Assembly (NCBI GenBank): GCA_023920165.1
Contig: CP089276.1
Location: 2,356,001 to 2,420,000 of the forward strand
From: Curvularia clavata
Taxonomy: Eukaryota
Direction: 5' to 3'
DNA: 64,000 nt
Shown piece after piece: positions 1 through 11,787 of this stretch. The position numbers and the translations under genes are program-made. Each line of letters opens with the position of its first letter. Positions within the stretch are counted from its first letter, which is position 1. Under the pieces are notes generated by a model. That model searched no databases, had not been told where the DNA came from, and saw only the letters and a program-made list of their open reading frames with translations.

Positions 1-1
1 G

Positions 2-403
2 GAGACTCAGAATGACACTGCAGATGGTGCCCTGAATCTTCCTTCAGCACCACAAGACCTGCCCGTTTATGATACCACCATTGAAGACCACTTCACCGCC
101 CGTCTAGCCGCACTCGCCGCACCATTCCAATCAGACCCCCTTGGCCTCCCCTCTGCGCCATCATTTGCCCCTAGAAACAAGCCGCCCGTGTCAACGAATC
201 TGCAAAAGAAGATTGACGACGAGGTTGATACGTGGTGCATCATTTGCCAAGACGATGCAACACTCAAGTGCCTGGGCTGCGACAACGACTTGTACTGTCA
301 GAACTGCTGGATGGAGGGTCATCGGGGTGAGAGTGCTGGCTTCGAAGAAAGACGACACAAAGCTGTTTTGTACTCGAAGAAGAAACCACAGGCTGCTGCG
401 TGA
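2..403 (+). CDS. 3' end of a zinc-finger protein with a C-terminal B-box-like domain (ZFYVE19/ANCHR-like); truncated by the window start
   Basis: Frame 2 is open from the window start (ETQNDTADGALNLPSAP...) into WCIICQDDATLKCLGCDNDLYCQNCWMEGH, which resembles the ZFYVE19 C-terminal zinc-binding motif; stop at 401-403. Confidence 0.7.
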   Translation, partial: ETQNDTADGALNLPSAPQDLPVYDTTIEDHFTARLAALAAPFQSDPLGLPSAPSFAPRNKPPVSTNLQKKIDDEVDTWCIICQDDATLKCLGCDNDLYCQNCWMEGHRGESAGFEERRHKAVLYSKKKPQAAA

Positions 404-951
404 AAGAGAGTTTGAGCATAATTTTGACTTCGGATTGGTCTAGATGGAAAGAGGGCTATTGAGGGAACGGGGACGAGGAAGCTCGCATAAGAGTAAGACC
501 TGGCACGTCGATTTACTTGACTGTACCCATACGGTTGCACCTCGATGTTCAACGAGAAGAACAGGAGTACTCACAGCACCATGACTGATGGCCAGACCAT
601 GTATGTTGTATCAGGACATGATTATCGTATATCCAGAGGACGATGTCGCAGGAGAGCACAGCAGGCTATGCCAACCGCTACAGTACCTCCCTAGAGCTGA
701 AGAGTTGCACAACACTGACACCTGCTTGAAAACAATGTTTCTGTCCAGCCATCTTGTTCTCCAAAATTGGGCACTCCAACCCAGATCGAGGTGAGCAGGT
801 CATACGTGAGCTCCCTCACAGGAACAGCAACATATCAAAGTGGAAAACACGAGAAGAGCAGCTGTGGTATCGATTAAAGCCCTGCAATGTTGGCTGGGCC
901 TGGTATCTCCAAACGCATTACAAGACATACTACGAAATCCTATATTGTATT

Positions 952-2021
952 TCAATCTGCATGCTTCTCATCGAAAGCCAGCATGACGCTCATGGCTCTC
1001 TCGTACGTCCACATGGTCACGGCGCTTGCAGGCGCCGCTTTCAGCAGACTAACCGTCAGACCCCGATACATGCCTCTTCGTCCTTCGTACTTCCATATAT
1101 GAGCCAAGGTGTTGACAACACCAGTGTACGTAGGTATATTTCGATGGACGTAGCGCTCTCGCGTCGGGCCTTGGACTTGTAATCGCTTGCGGGTCGTGTC
1201 GAGCGGGTAGACGGCGGTCTTTGAAAGAACGCTTGCAGCTATGCCTGCGAGCGCATCTGAGCTGCCAAACGGTAGGGGCACTGGGGAAGCGGCAGTAATT
1301 GGCTTGAAGCTCTCGTAGCTAGCGAAAAAGAGACCCATATATGGGACAATCTGACTAATGCCGGCTCCAAGACCACGGAAGAACCCAGTGGGCCCTTCAT
1401 GCTGCGCAATGTGTTTTATAGAAGCTATAATGGATGTGTACACGCGCTCGGTTCCTTGAGCCGCAAAACGTGTGCGGAGCAAATCAAGCGGATATGTGAG
1501 TGTCGTTGCGGCAGCACCAGCCGAAGCACCGCTGATGAAGTTGTTCACAGAGCCAGGCGGCGCATACGGTGGAGGGATAGCCTCGAGTATATGCGACACG
1601 TAGGTGTAGGCCGAGAATTGCACGCTGCCGTACGTCAGGTACATGAGCTCGGCTGGTATGTTGCCCTTCCACAGCCCTGTGACGCCCTCCTCACGCAGAA
1701 TCTGCTTGAGAGTACCCAATGTTCCTTTGTAGACGGGCCCCCTGACATGGCGAACGCTGAACGGGTCCGAGAGTGAGTGAATCTGGAGCTGCAGCCGGAT
1801 CTTGATCACATCGAGAGGCGCTATTACAAAGCTGTTCGACGTCAGCCAAGTGAAGGACGCGCCCGAGAGAGGGGAAATACCGTGATACCAGGCCTGCGAC
1901 TGCACCCGCAATCACTACCTGCCGCTGGGAGCCCTGCGATATAGATTAGCCCCGCGTCTCCATATGGCCAAAGTCGACAAGACGGTACCTCATGCTTCAA
2001 CTGCGCTACACCCTCAGACAT
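952..2021 (-). CDS. TPC1: Mitochondrial thiamine pyrophosphate carrier (SLC25 family), 3 exons
   Basis: Three PxDxxK/R carrier signatures ([32 protein letters not shown]) and [16 protein letters not shown] at 2021 ([11 protein letters not shown]); two short GT-AG introns join [18 protein letters not shown] to FVIAPLD. Confidence 0.88.
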
Positions 2022-2260
2022 GCGCCCAGCGCGTCAGTCGGCACACGTGCTGGAGTCAGGTGCGTTGTGGTGTGTTCTCAACAGATCCCTCGGTATGCAG
2101 GATGAATGCGACAGCAGGTGTGGCCGGGCAAAAGGTGTGAGGTGACCTCGGTCTACGGAGTGCGTTGAATCCCACATTTGCACCAAGCTTGCAAACAGAA
2201 AAGAAGACAACCCCCGCCTTAATTCGTCACTATTTACCTGCTACAACCGGCCGACCGACC

Positions 2261-3703
2261 ATGGCTTCCAACATCATTACAAGGCTCCCGAAACGGAATC
2301 TACACCTTCACGTTGCAACCTCTGGCAGGATACCGGCTGCGGTCCAAAGACGGAGCTTCAGCTTCTATTCATGCTGGCGATCACCGAAGTCCGCCGAGCA
2401 TGCTAATTGGACCCCCGCTACCCATGGCCCCTTCAGACCAACCAGACCACGCCAACAGCTACTGCAGAAGCACCAGCTGGATGGCGTTCCAGCCAAAACC
2501 GTCTCACTAAACATTGACGGACATACCAGGGATTTTGATGCTGCATTCCTCCGCGACAGCTGCACGTGTGTGCAATGTGTGGATCCTCACAGCAAAAATA
2601 AACTCTTCCAAACTTCAGACATCCCCGAAGATATAGAAGGCACTTTCCAGGCCGTCGTCGACGACGCAAAAGGAGACTCGATCGAAGTACAATGGAAGAG
2701 CGACGTCAAGGGATTTGGGCCTGATCACCGCACCAGACACTCCCTGAACTGGCTCCGTCGAGCCTTCGACACTGAAGTCCAGATCAGCAGTCGGATGCGA
2801 CACGACGATCGAGTCTTCTGGGACAACAAAGAGATAGTAAAGGCAAACAAATGGCTTGAATATGACGACTACATGTCCAAGGATGAAACTCTCTTCGAAG
2901 CTCTCACCCACCTCCACAGATACGGTCTTCTCTTTGTCAGAAATGTGCCCGAGTCAGAGGAATCCGTAGTCTCCCTTGCCTCTCGTGTCGGCATTCTCAA
3001 AGACACTTTTTATGGCCGCACGTGGGACGTTCGCTCCAAGCCCAAGGCCGAAAACATAGCCTACACCCCCGACTATCTCGGTCTGCACATGGATCTTCTG
3101 TACACTTCTAACCCACCACACCTGCAATTGCTCCACTCGTTGCGTGCTCGCACTCCAGGCGGTGAATCCTTCTTCTCTGACGCCTTTGCCGCCGCGCGCC
3201 AACTCCGGGAGCAATCAGAGAGCCACTTCAAGACTCTGTGCACTTTCCCTGTCACCTATCATTACCACCACCCAGAGAACCACTATCATTTTACACGCCC
3301 GGTGATCGAAACCTTCCCCTCACCCGAGGGAACTGAACCCACCAGTGCTTCCATCCGCCGCATAAACTGGTCTCCACCATTCCAGGGGCCAGTCCAGGCG
3401 CCTAGCGGTACTAGTACCACGCCTTCCCTCCGCGAGTACATTGCTGCTTCACACGCGTACGAGAAGCTACTCAGCGCTCAGGAGAATATGTACGAGTACA
3501 GGTTGAACGAGGGCGAGTGTGTCATCTTCGATAACAGGAGAGTGCTCCATGCGAGGAGGGCGTTTGATGCGTCAAAGGGCGAGCGATGGCTCAAGGGTGC
3601 TTATGTGGACAATGATGTCTTCTTTTCCAAGTTGAGGGTGCTGCAGGAGAAGTTCGAAGGAAAGTGGGTTGCCGACGGAGTCGTTAGGCCGGCTATAGAG
3701 TAG
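2261..3703 (+). CDS. Gamma-butyrobetaine dioxygenase-like Fe(II)/2-oxoglutarate dioxygenase (TauD/TfdA family), likely mitochondrial
   Basis: N-terminal zinc motif LRDSCTCVQC, HxD motif (LHMD), FDNRRVLHAR distal His, RWLKGAY; Arg/Ser-rich presequence-like N-terminus from ATG 2261. Confidence 0.85.
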   Translation: MASNIITRLPKRNLHLHVATSGRIPAAVQRRSFSFYSCWRSPKSAEHANWTPATHGPFRPTRPRQQLLQKHQLDGVPAKTVSLNIDGHTRDFDAAFLRDSCTCVQCVDPHSKNKLFQTSDIPEDIEGTFQAVVDDAKGDSIEVQWKSDVKGFGPDHRTRHSLNWLRRAFDTEVQISSRMRHDDRVFWDNKEIVKANKWLEYDDYMSKDETLFEALTHLHRYGLLFVRNVPESEESVVSLASRVGILKDTFYGRTWDVRSKPKAENIAYTPDYLGLHMDLLYTSNPPHLQLLHSLRARTPGGESFFSDAFAAARQLREQSESHFKTLCTFPVTYHYHHPENHYHFTRPVIETFPSPEGTEPTSASIRRINWSPPFQGPVQAPSGTSTTPSLREYIAASHAYEKLLSAQENMYEYRLNEGECVIFDNRRVLHARRAFDASKGERWLKGAYVDNDVFFSKLRVLQEKFEGKWVADGVVRPAIE

Positions 3704-4069
3704 GAAGCACCTGTGAATCTGGGGGTTTCGAATTAGGAATAGATGTCGAAGAGCGTTGCACCAAACTCAGACAGTGGTCATAAAGAATGAGATACTCAGA
3801 GTGTTTCACGTTTTTCAAGTGATGCTAGCGTGCAAAGCAAAATGCGAATGAAGCGCTTGTATTTCTATAGTCTAATATCTATGCTCGAGGTAAGGAATGT
3901 GTTGTAACTAAATCATCGAAATATCAAAGTCTAAACAAGACCCCAAGCCGTATCCCCCGCCATGATATCATGCTACTGAGACCAATGGCTATGCAAAAGT
4001 ATTATGAAGAAGAAGTTGAAACCATGCTCCTACTCATTCTCTCCCACTATCCTTCTCACTCCAGAAAAC

Positions 4070-4471
4070 TTAAGCCTTCTGGCAAGAGAACTGGAATCCG
4101 TTGAGCCAAGTAGGAATGGCCTTGGACTTGTCGCCATCGAGGTCAGCAAAGTTCTTAGCGCGGCCATCGAGCTCAATGACCCAGCCGGGAACGTTGAGGT
4201 TGGTAAGCTGGCACTTGGTGTTGTCCTGGAACTGGACAAGCTGGGCAGAGGTGCCGATGATGTTGCCGTTGTTGTCGATGGCGCTGCCGGCGAAGCGAGA
4301 GGGGATGCTGACGGCGATGCCGTCGGCAGAGACAGTGGTGTCAGCGTTCCTGCCCGTCTGGTCGTTGAAGATGCGGAGAGTGATTTGAGGAATGGGGATG
4401 GAGACCGCGGCGGCGGAGGCAGAGGCGCTGAAGGCCAGGATGGTAGCGGCGATGGCGGTGGTGAACTGCAT
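4070..4471 (-). CDS. Small secreted protein (133 aa, 2 Cys), function unknown
   Basis: Typical signal peptide MQFTTAIAATILAFSASASA, strong C-ending codon bias, good start context (caaaATG), TATAAA on the minus strand at ~4613-4618. Confidence 0.85.
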   Translation of the reverse strand: MQFTTAIAATILAFSASASAAAVSIPIPQITLRIFNDQTGRNADTTVSADGIAVSIPSRFAGSAIDNNGNIIGTSAQLVQFQDNTKCQLTNLNVPGWVIELDGRAKNFADLDGDKSKAIPTWLNGFQFSCQKA

Positions 4472-6421
4472 TTTGATGGTTTGGTGGTTTAAAAGTTGGA
4501 AGATTGGTTGGAGGAGAAGGTAGTAGAGTTGTTGTGAAGATGTGAAGATATTGTTGTAGTAGTGATTGTTGTTGTGCTGATGATGGACTTCTACGTCGCG
4601 ACGACGGCATTATTTATATTATGTTCCAACGCTCGTCCAAGCAAGTCTATCTTACGAACGGAACTGTTGTTGCAACACTGCCTGCCTGAAACTATTCGCA
4701 GACATGCTCGGTGAGTAGTAGGGCCGCAGCCACCGCCCTTGCTCGGCCTCACCTTAGTGGAGTTGAGGCTCTATCCAGCCCAGTTTAAGCCATCGTGAGA
4801 GGGTCTTGGAAGACATATTTTCTTCTCTGGGACAAGTTCGGGGCACAGCATTCCTACAATGTCTGGGGCGTTACATTGTAGCTTACAGTCGAACACGTGT
4901 GGCTTGCATTGGTGCTAAATTTGCTGCGTCTGACATACGGACCGACGATTTTCCAGGGTCGATATTATGCTCAATTTTGCCAGCGTGGCTAATGAGATGG
5001 CGGTGATGCAAGATCCAGCTGAGGGTTGCTGATGTTCTTGGCTGGGCTGGGCGTAGCACAGCCCTAGCTGCACCCCACCGTCAGCAGCCTTAAATATACT
5101 AGGGCGTTTGCAGGGCTGAGCATATGATGGTGTGATGTCAATTTTAGAGTCTGGGGTACAGCTCGCTGAGCACGTTTTTCCTGCATGCGGCTCTAAGTGC
5201 GGTGTAGTGTTACCCAGATCACGACATGCGCTCGTGGTGTTGCACCATCCTACCAACTGCCCAGCCTTCACATTTCAGCTTTCAATTACGTTACATACGG
5301 AAACGTAATAGAAAAAGGGCGGAAAACACTGGCGAGCTGAGATCGTGATAGAAGCGCGGTGTTCACTAAAGAAATTGAAACCTGCATGTATGGTGCATGT
5401 CACTACCTACATCTGCGCATGTAAACCTCCTAAGAGCAGTCTCCATGAATTGATAGCTGAGAAAACAAAGGCTGGAGAATTATAGATGCGCACTAAGAAT
5501 ATGCACTGTGTGAATCAACCGATCGCAAAGCCACGACGACTCCATGGCCTCTTTCGATGGCAGATATTTGTTTCATTATGAATGTCGACAGTGGCAACGT
5601 TCATCCAAAGGATATTCTTTATGTTAAGTCTATGGCTCCCCATGCGGCAACGGTAGATAAGAAGCTCCGTAAGAACCCCATGATTGAAGATTACGAGATA
5701 TACCCTGGCTTCGACATAGACTACTTCACATCATTAGCGAGTGCTATAGTCTGTTTCTATCTCAGAACGTCTCCTTTGCATCTAGAGAACGCTAGATATC
5801 TACTTTCGGTTTACTTTCTAAGAAGACACTTGAGGGTCGAGGCTGCTTGCATGTCTAATTACCGCTCGTGTCCATAGACCAATCACCGTTCTGTAGCAGT
5901 GGCACCGCACAGTGCGTCAACAACAAACCGGCTTCTCCACCACTAGCTGTCATTCCTCATTGAAGGAGCCTTCAGGGAGGTTGTACTGAGGAAACAGATC
6001 TCGTGTAGCACCCAATCAACAAAGGGAAATACGCGGCATTTAACATATATAGAATATCACGATCATCATCGATCAGGGAGTTTTTAAACATGTATGTTTC
6101 GTCAATGTAATAATATGAAAATCGATTAAGAGTCGTCTAATACACAAATGACATCATGCTGCGTTGAACTAGAACCATGTGTAAAAAGCATTACTAGCTG
6201 CACAGAAACACAAGGAGAGCGTCATGAATAAAAAAAGTATGTATCTAAAACTCCCGCTAGAGATAACCTAGCGTGTACGCCCTTAGTCACGCATCATCCC
6301 CAACACGGAAGGTACCTACAAAAGTTACAACTACACATAACTATCATATGACTCAATCCTTTTCCTCCATCCCACCAGGCAAATCTACCAGAGAAGAAGA
6401 CGAAAACGAAAGAGAGCGAAA

Positions 6422-7480
6422 ATGGCCGTCTACACCCACACCCCCTCTTCATCCTTTATCCAGCAAGCCCTAAAATCCACTCTACCTTACAGCATCAATC
6501 TGGTGTACCGGACACAGCATCCCAACCGGACTCCTCACGCACACATCCTCGCGACATTCCCGCCCTCCATCCCACCAGATGCAACAATACCAAGATGCTG
6601 GGCCGCAGCGTATCTAGACAGGTCCATGCGCCCGGAAACGGAGTTGTGGATTTTCAGCACACTGGAGCTTCCTCAACACAATGCGTCTTCTTCATCCACA
6701 TCATCGGCAAAGAGTTGTTTAGGATGTAAAAAAGCGATTTTGGATTTGCTAGACTACATGGCTACACTACCGACGCCGCCGATGCGCGCTGAGAATCTCT
6801 TCGCTGTGGATCTTGCGAGGCAGCATGAAAAGAAATATCCTACTCCGCCGCCTTCGGGCGCCTACGAAATGGCGCCAGGGACGTACATGCGTCATCTGCT
6901 ATTCCCAAAAGTTGTCACATTGGGGGCGTGTCATAAAGACGTGCTTCGGGTTCTGTATCAAGGAGGTGTGGTGCGCTCAGAGCTTCCAGGGCCAGATGCA
7001 GAGCTCAACAAGTTTTTGTTCAAGATTTCTGATTTACCGGAGACGCGAGAGCTGCCTCCTGGGTTGGCATGGGGTGAGGTACGCGAACAAGATATTGAGA
7101 CTGTCCAAGCAAGGACATCCATACCCCGGACGCGCAGCACATTGATGTCATTGAAGAGTGTGGCTGTTTTTGAGGAAAAGACAAACACGCCCGTAGCATG
7201 GACGTTCCTTGGATTGGATGGATCCTTGGTTACGCTACACACAGAAGAGGCGTACAGAGGCAAAGGCATAGCAAAGGCGGTCGCAGCAAGGCTTCTGAGA
7301 AAGCATGCACTAGGGCTAGCAGTTGACGATGAAGGTAATTCCTGGTCACACGCGGATGTGTATCTAGGAAATATACAGAGTGAGAGTGTGTGCAGAAGTT
7401 TGGGTGGTAAGGCGCTTTGGAGATGCTTTTGGTTACGCATAGATCTTGAGAGGGCGGGAACACTTGCGAGTACCGCATGA
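6422..7480 (+). CDS. GNAT-family (FR47-like) N-acetyltransferase
   Basis: C-terminal PVAWTFLGLDGSLVTLHTEEAYRGKGIAKAV includes the acetyl-CoA-binding motif A; 352-aa uninterrupted ORF. Confidence 0.8.
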   Translation: MAVYTHTPSSSFIQQALKSTLPYSINLVYRTQHPNRTPHAHILATFPPSIPPDATIPRCWAAAYLDRSMRPETELWIFSTLELPQHNASSSSTSSAKSCLGCKKAILDLLDYMATLPTPPMRAENLFAVDLARQHEKKYPTPPPSGAYEMAPGTYMRHLLFPKVVTLGACHKDVLRVLYQGGVVRSELPGPDAELNKFLFKISDLPETRELPPGLAWGEVREQDIETVQARTSIPRTRSTLMSLKSVAVFEEKTNTPVAWTFLGLDGSLVTLHTEEAYRGKGIAKAVAARLLRKHALGLAVDDEGNSWSHADVYLGNIQSESVCRSLGGKALWRCFWLRIDLERAGTLASTA

Positions 7481-7877
7481 ACTGTATTTGCTAGGTATCA
7501 CATAGAACAAAGTAGAGCTTCAGAAGCAAAGTGATGAACCTGTCTGAGTCAGTGTTGAGCTTCAAAACTAGAAACTGATAACAATAAAGTGTGACAGGTT
7601 GCTCATTAAAAAATTAGAGTGTTGTTGTTGTATTTTTGATCCTCACCGTAGGACCTCAGGGTTAAAAAGAAAATAATCATGGCAGGAGAATGAGAAGAAG
7701 AGTTGAGCTTACCTGAGCTGTGACTAAACGCCGTTGCCTTGTGAGCATCACGGGTGTGTTCTGTTTTTGATTTCATCTTATCGTATTTTCGTTGGCTGTC
7801 TAGATCATGAAGACATGTTCGGCAGGCCGTAGCCATGCCGAGATCTCTCAAGAAATGTCATCGCAAACGTGATAGGC

Positions 7878-8938
7878 TTAGTCGAACAGACCGAAGCCCA
7901 TGTCCTCATCCTCAGACTCCTCCTTCTCCTCCTCCTTGGCCTCCTCCTTGGCGGCAGGAGCGCCACCGGAAGCAGCAGCAGCGCCGGCGGCGGGGGCGGC
8001 GGAGGCATACTTGTCGGGGTTGGCGATGCGGTCCTTGAGCTCGGCAATCTCCTCCCACTCGTAGTCGGTCTCGATGGCGACGGCGAGAACCTTCTTGTAA
8101 GAGTTGACGATGGAGTGCATGACGGAAGGCAGGGTGGGGTAGCTGAGAGCCAGGGAGATGGTGGCAATGGTGGTGATGGCGGTAGAGAAGGTCTTAAGGA
8201 GCTGGTCCTCGCTGATGTCGAGAACGGAAGCATCGAAGGTCTGACCGTTGTCGTAGATCTGGTAGATACCCATACCGTAGGTGAAGGGAGAGATGTTCAA
8301 CAAGTTGAGCAGGGTAGCCTCGGAAGCTCCGACCTTGTTGCCAGCCTCAATGAGCTTCAACTCGGTGGTAATTTCAATGGTACCACGGGCAATCTTGGTG
8401 GGGACACCGAGAGCCTGGAAGAAAGAGGTCTTTCCGGGTTCCATACCACTGCCTTGTTGTCAATTGAATGTTCTATGCGCATGTCTCAGAGATAGTCCTT
8501 ACGTGTTTCCGGCGGGGATGAAGACATCACCGGGGGCGACGGCACCAGCACGAGCGGGGGCAGCGACACGGTTGGAGAGGATCTTTTCACGGATTTCCTT
8601 GAGGTCACCGTTGGTGAAGACGAAGCCAACGTTACCTATGCCATTGTTAGCGCTATGCTGCGCGTAATATGTCCATGAAGACGGGAAAACATACCCTTGA
8701 CGTGGGGAAGAAGGCGGTCGTACTCAGGGTAGTCGCCGACAAGGCCCTTCAGAGCACGGCGGACCATGGTGTTCTTTCCCATGAGGACGACACCCTCGCC
8801 GCGCAGCGACTGGCGGATCTCGTGCATCTGCTGGGACGAGACATTGTCGACGGTGACAATGAAGATGCTCTTGTACTCCTTGAGAAGGGAGTCGAGCTTC
8901 TCGAAGTAAGCGGCCTTGGATTCTTTCTTGCCCCCCAT
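7878..8938 (-). CDS. RPP0: 60S acidic ribosomal protein P0 (uL10), 3 exons
   Basis: [49 protein letters not shown] and the C-terminal [14 protein letters not shown]; introns at about 8636-8694 and 8449-8502. Confidence 0.98.
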
Positions 8939-9145
8939 TGTGTTCGGTGACGCAAAGGGATGTTTAAGGTCTTAGTTGGTGTCGTGGGTGTTGATGGAGA
9001 GAAAGTTCGCACTGGACGCGAAAATTGAGGTGGTATGGCTGTGGGTGGCCCCTGCTCGCTAACGCGCTAGCGCATTCAGAGACAGCGACAGAGACCAGAG
9101 AAAAAGCGCGGACAACCTTGACGAGGCAGGATTAGGCACAACATC

Positions 9146-10821
9146 ATGGCTGCACCTTTTCAGTGTCTTATTGCACGGAGCTCTCAAGATGCAGGCGACT
9201 GGACGCTTTTTGGCGCAAGTGGTTCAAAGCTAGTGGTCCAGGCGAGCAGCGGAGCGACAGCAACATGGCCAGACCAGCAAGCGCAGGCTGAAGTGAGTAC
9301 CAGGAATTGTAATTTTTAAACAGGATTTGGTTTGGCTGTCTGGTTCTGCTACAAAGGGTGAGTTGCACACGTCGCTGACACAAGCAGGAGCAGCAGAGTA
9401 GTGATTCAGAGGAACGTCCGGGAAAAAGAATCAAGTTGGAACAACCAAAAGAGCAAAAGTCCAACTTCTCCGATCTAATACTGTCCCACAATGGGCAGTA
9501 CTTGATCGGTGTTACCGGCGAGGACAAGTGTATTCGAGTCTTTCAAATCAACCCTCAGGGTCAACTCGAGCAATTAAGCGAGAGGTAAGCAAGATTGGAG
9601 GCAGAAGACTGTTCAGTGCACACGCTGATATCGACAAGATGCATGTCAAGGAGGCCTTCTTCAATCACTGTTACGTCTGATGACACAACAATTCTGTGTG
9701 CGGACAAGTTTGGAGACGTGTATGCTCTGCCACTTCTTCCTTCTCCAGAAGACTACATCGTGGAGCAGCCTGATACACCAGCAGTCGAATCAGAGCAAAA
9801 GGACTGGAAGCCTTCTGCTACTACTCTTACCGTCCACTCTGGTCGGAATCGGAAAACGCTGGAGGAGCAGCTCAAGCAAAAGGCAAAGGGTATAGCCAAG
9901 TCTAAAGAACCTATGCGCTTCAAAAACGAGCTCCTCCTTGGACATGTTTCCATGCTTACAGACGTCGCCTATGCCAACGTGGATGGCCGCAGCTACATCA
10001 TAACCGCTGATCGCGACGAGCACATCCGAGTCTCAAGAGGTCAACCACAAGCCCATATCATTGAGGGTTTCTGCTTTGGTCACGAGGCCTTTGTGAGCAG
10101 GCTGTGTCTTACGTCATCCGGTCTGCTTGTCTCCGGCGGCGGAGATGACGACTTGTTTGTATGGGATTGGCAGACTTGCTCTTTGAAAGAACGATTGGCG
10201 ATTCGAGATCTTGCCTTTGGTCATCTCCAGGAACGCAACGTGGTCGCAATGGATCTGGATCGCGCGAGTTACAAGGTCGCCGTCTCGGGCATATGGGCTT
10301 TGCCAAATCATGGAAACAAGGTGCGTGTGTTTTTCACCTAATCCCTTGGAACCTGATATCTGACTTTTGACAGGCCGAGAAAATCATCGTAGCATGTGAA
10401 GGCATTCCGGCACTCTTCGGCTTTTCAATAGGAGGATCTGCACCTGGATCATATGTCTCACTGAACGGCAACGCACTAGACGTTGCTTTGATTGCGGGGC
10501 CGGCAGGCTCCGTTCGGATGGTGGTCTCAATAGACAACATTCATAAACCAGGATCGACAACGGAGAAGCGTGAAGATCAAGTAAGCGGCCTGCCTCCACG
10601 TGTGCTGAGTGTAATATCTAACATGGCAGCAGGTACCTGGCTTACAGTGTTTCTCTCTGCAGCCCCAGGGTTCGTGGCAGGAAGACGCAGGCCTTGCAAA
10701 GACATTGGAGGGTTTAGGTCGCAGTGGAAACACCACGGGCGATGACAGAGACGGACAAGCTCTCCGGAGCATGCTGTACAACATCGAGAACCTCCGGAAG
10801 CGTCCAGGCGCGGACGATTAG
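9146..10821 (+). CDS. TRM82: tRNA (guanine-N7)-methyltransferase non-catalytic WD40 subunit
   Basis: ADKFGDVY, LLGHVSMLTD, IITADRDEHIRVS and C-terminal LYNIENLRKR; ATG 9146, three introns, stop 10819-10821. Confidence 0.9.
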
Positions 10822-11787
10822 GTAGCATTCCTGCGAGACATTTGGCCGGGAGATAATGATAGATGTTGCCCGCGGGGCCGACACCAAGAAAGAAAGTAGA
10901 CCGTAATGAGTGCTCGCCTCTCAGGGCTATGATTACTTCATGACTTGCGCGCCCAAGCTGTGTGGGCATATAGCCCGATGGGTCCAATGGATACGGCTGC
11001 CGAGGCCTCGAGACGGCCGGAGTCCCGTCCCCTGGTGAGCGTCGCGGCAGTTCCAGTCTTTGAAAGCAGAGATTCGCGGCTGCGGCTACGTGGGTCTAGC
11101 CGCCCTCCGATTTCTAAGATGGCATGCAAGACACCGCGACGTGCCGATGGCGTACATAGGCCGACTTTTTTTCTTCCCCTTGCCGCAAAAAGCTTCTTTG
11201 ATCTGACGTCTGCTGCATCTGGAGACGAGGCTGCATCCAACAATCCTGTTTGCCTTTTCACCTGCACGCGGAGAATCTTGGTCGGCACAATTCGACATTG
11301 GCTAGGCTTGGTCTTTGTCCACGACTGAATAATACACCCCCCACTACGCCTCGGCTCGCCATCATCGCCCAAAACATTGCGGAGCCCCCGAAACTACATA
11401 CTAAGCCAGCGGCTCACTAATTGTGGCCTCTGCTGAGTCCATACTAGGATCGCCCTTCCAGCGCCTTCTCCCTTGTCTTGTTGTTGTCACTTAAGACTCC
11501 CGTACGGCGCTACACACAGATCGTCATTCCTCAAACCCCCCCCATCCATCCCACCTTGATTCCGCACACGACCCACATCCACCGCCAACTCTTGCACACT
11601 ACACTACACGCGATCCCTCGCACACGCCGCCAAAGTGTTCGCATCAATCTTTCGAAGGGCCACATCGCCTCGATCACTCTCCTTGTTCTCCGTGCCCATC
11701 GCTGCTGCTGCATCGCATAACCAGCGCGTGTCACCTGTAGCGGGGCTTTCGACTGCTTCAAGTTTTTCAAAAGCACAAGCGCGGAAC

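Noticed and set aside
1830..2030. TPP riboswitch in the TPC1 introns
   Set aside because: Both introns are only about 50-55 nt and show no aptamer core.
5557..5877. 106-aa ORF in the intergenic region
   Set aside because: No recognisable domain or codon bias; it cannot be supported as a gene.
7805..8667. Long antisense or alternative-frame ORFs over RPP0 (similar ones over CYS3, IPP1, GT34 and the secreted protein)
   Set aside because: These are expected shadows of strongly codon-biased genes and show no independent motifs.
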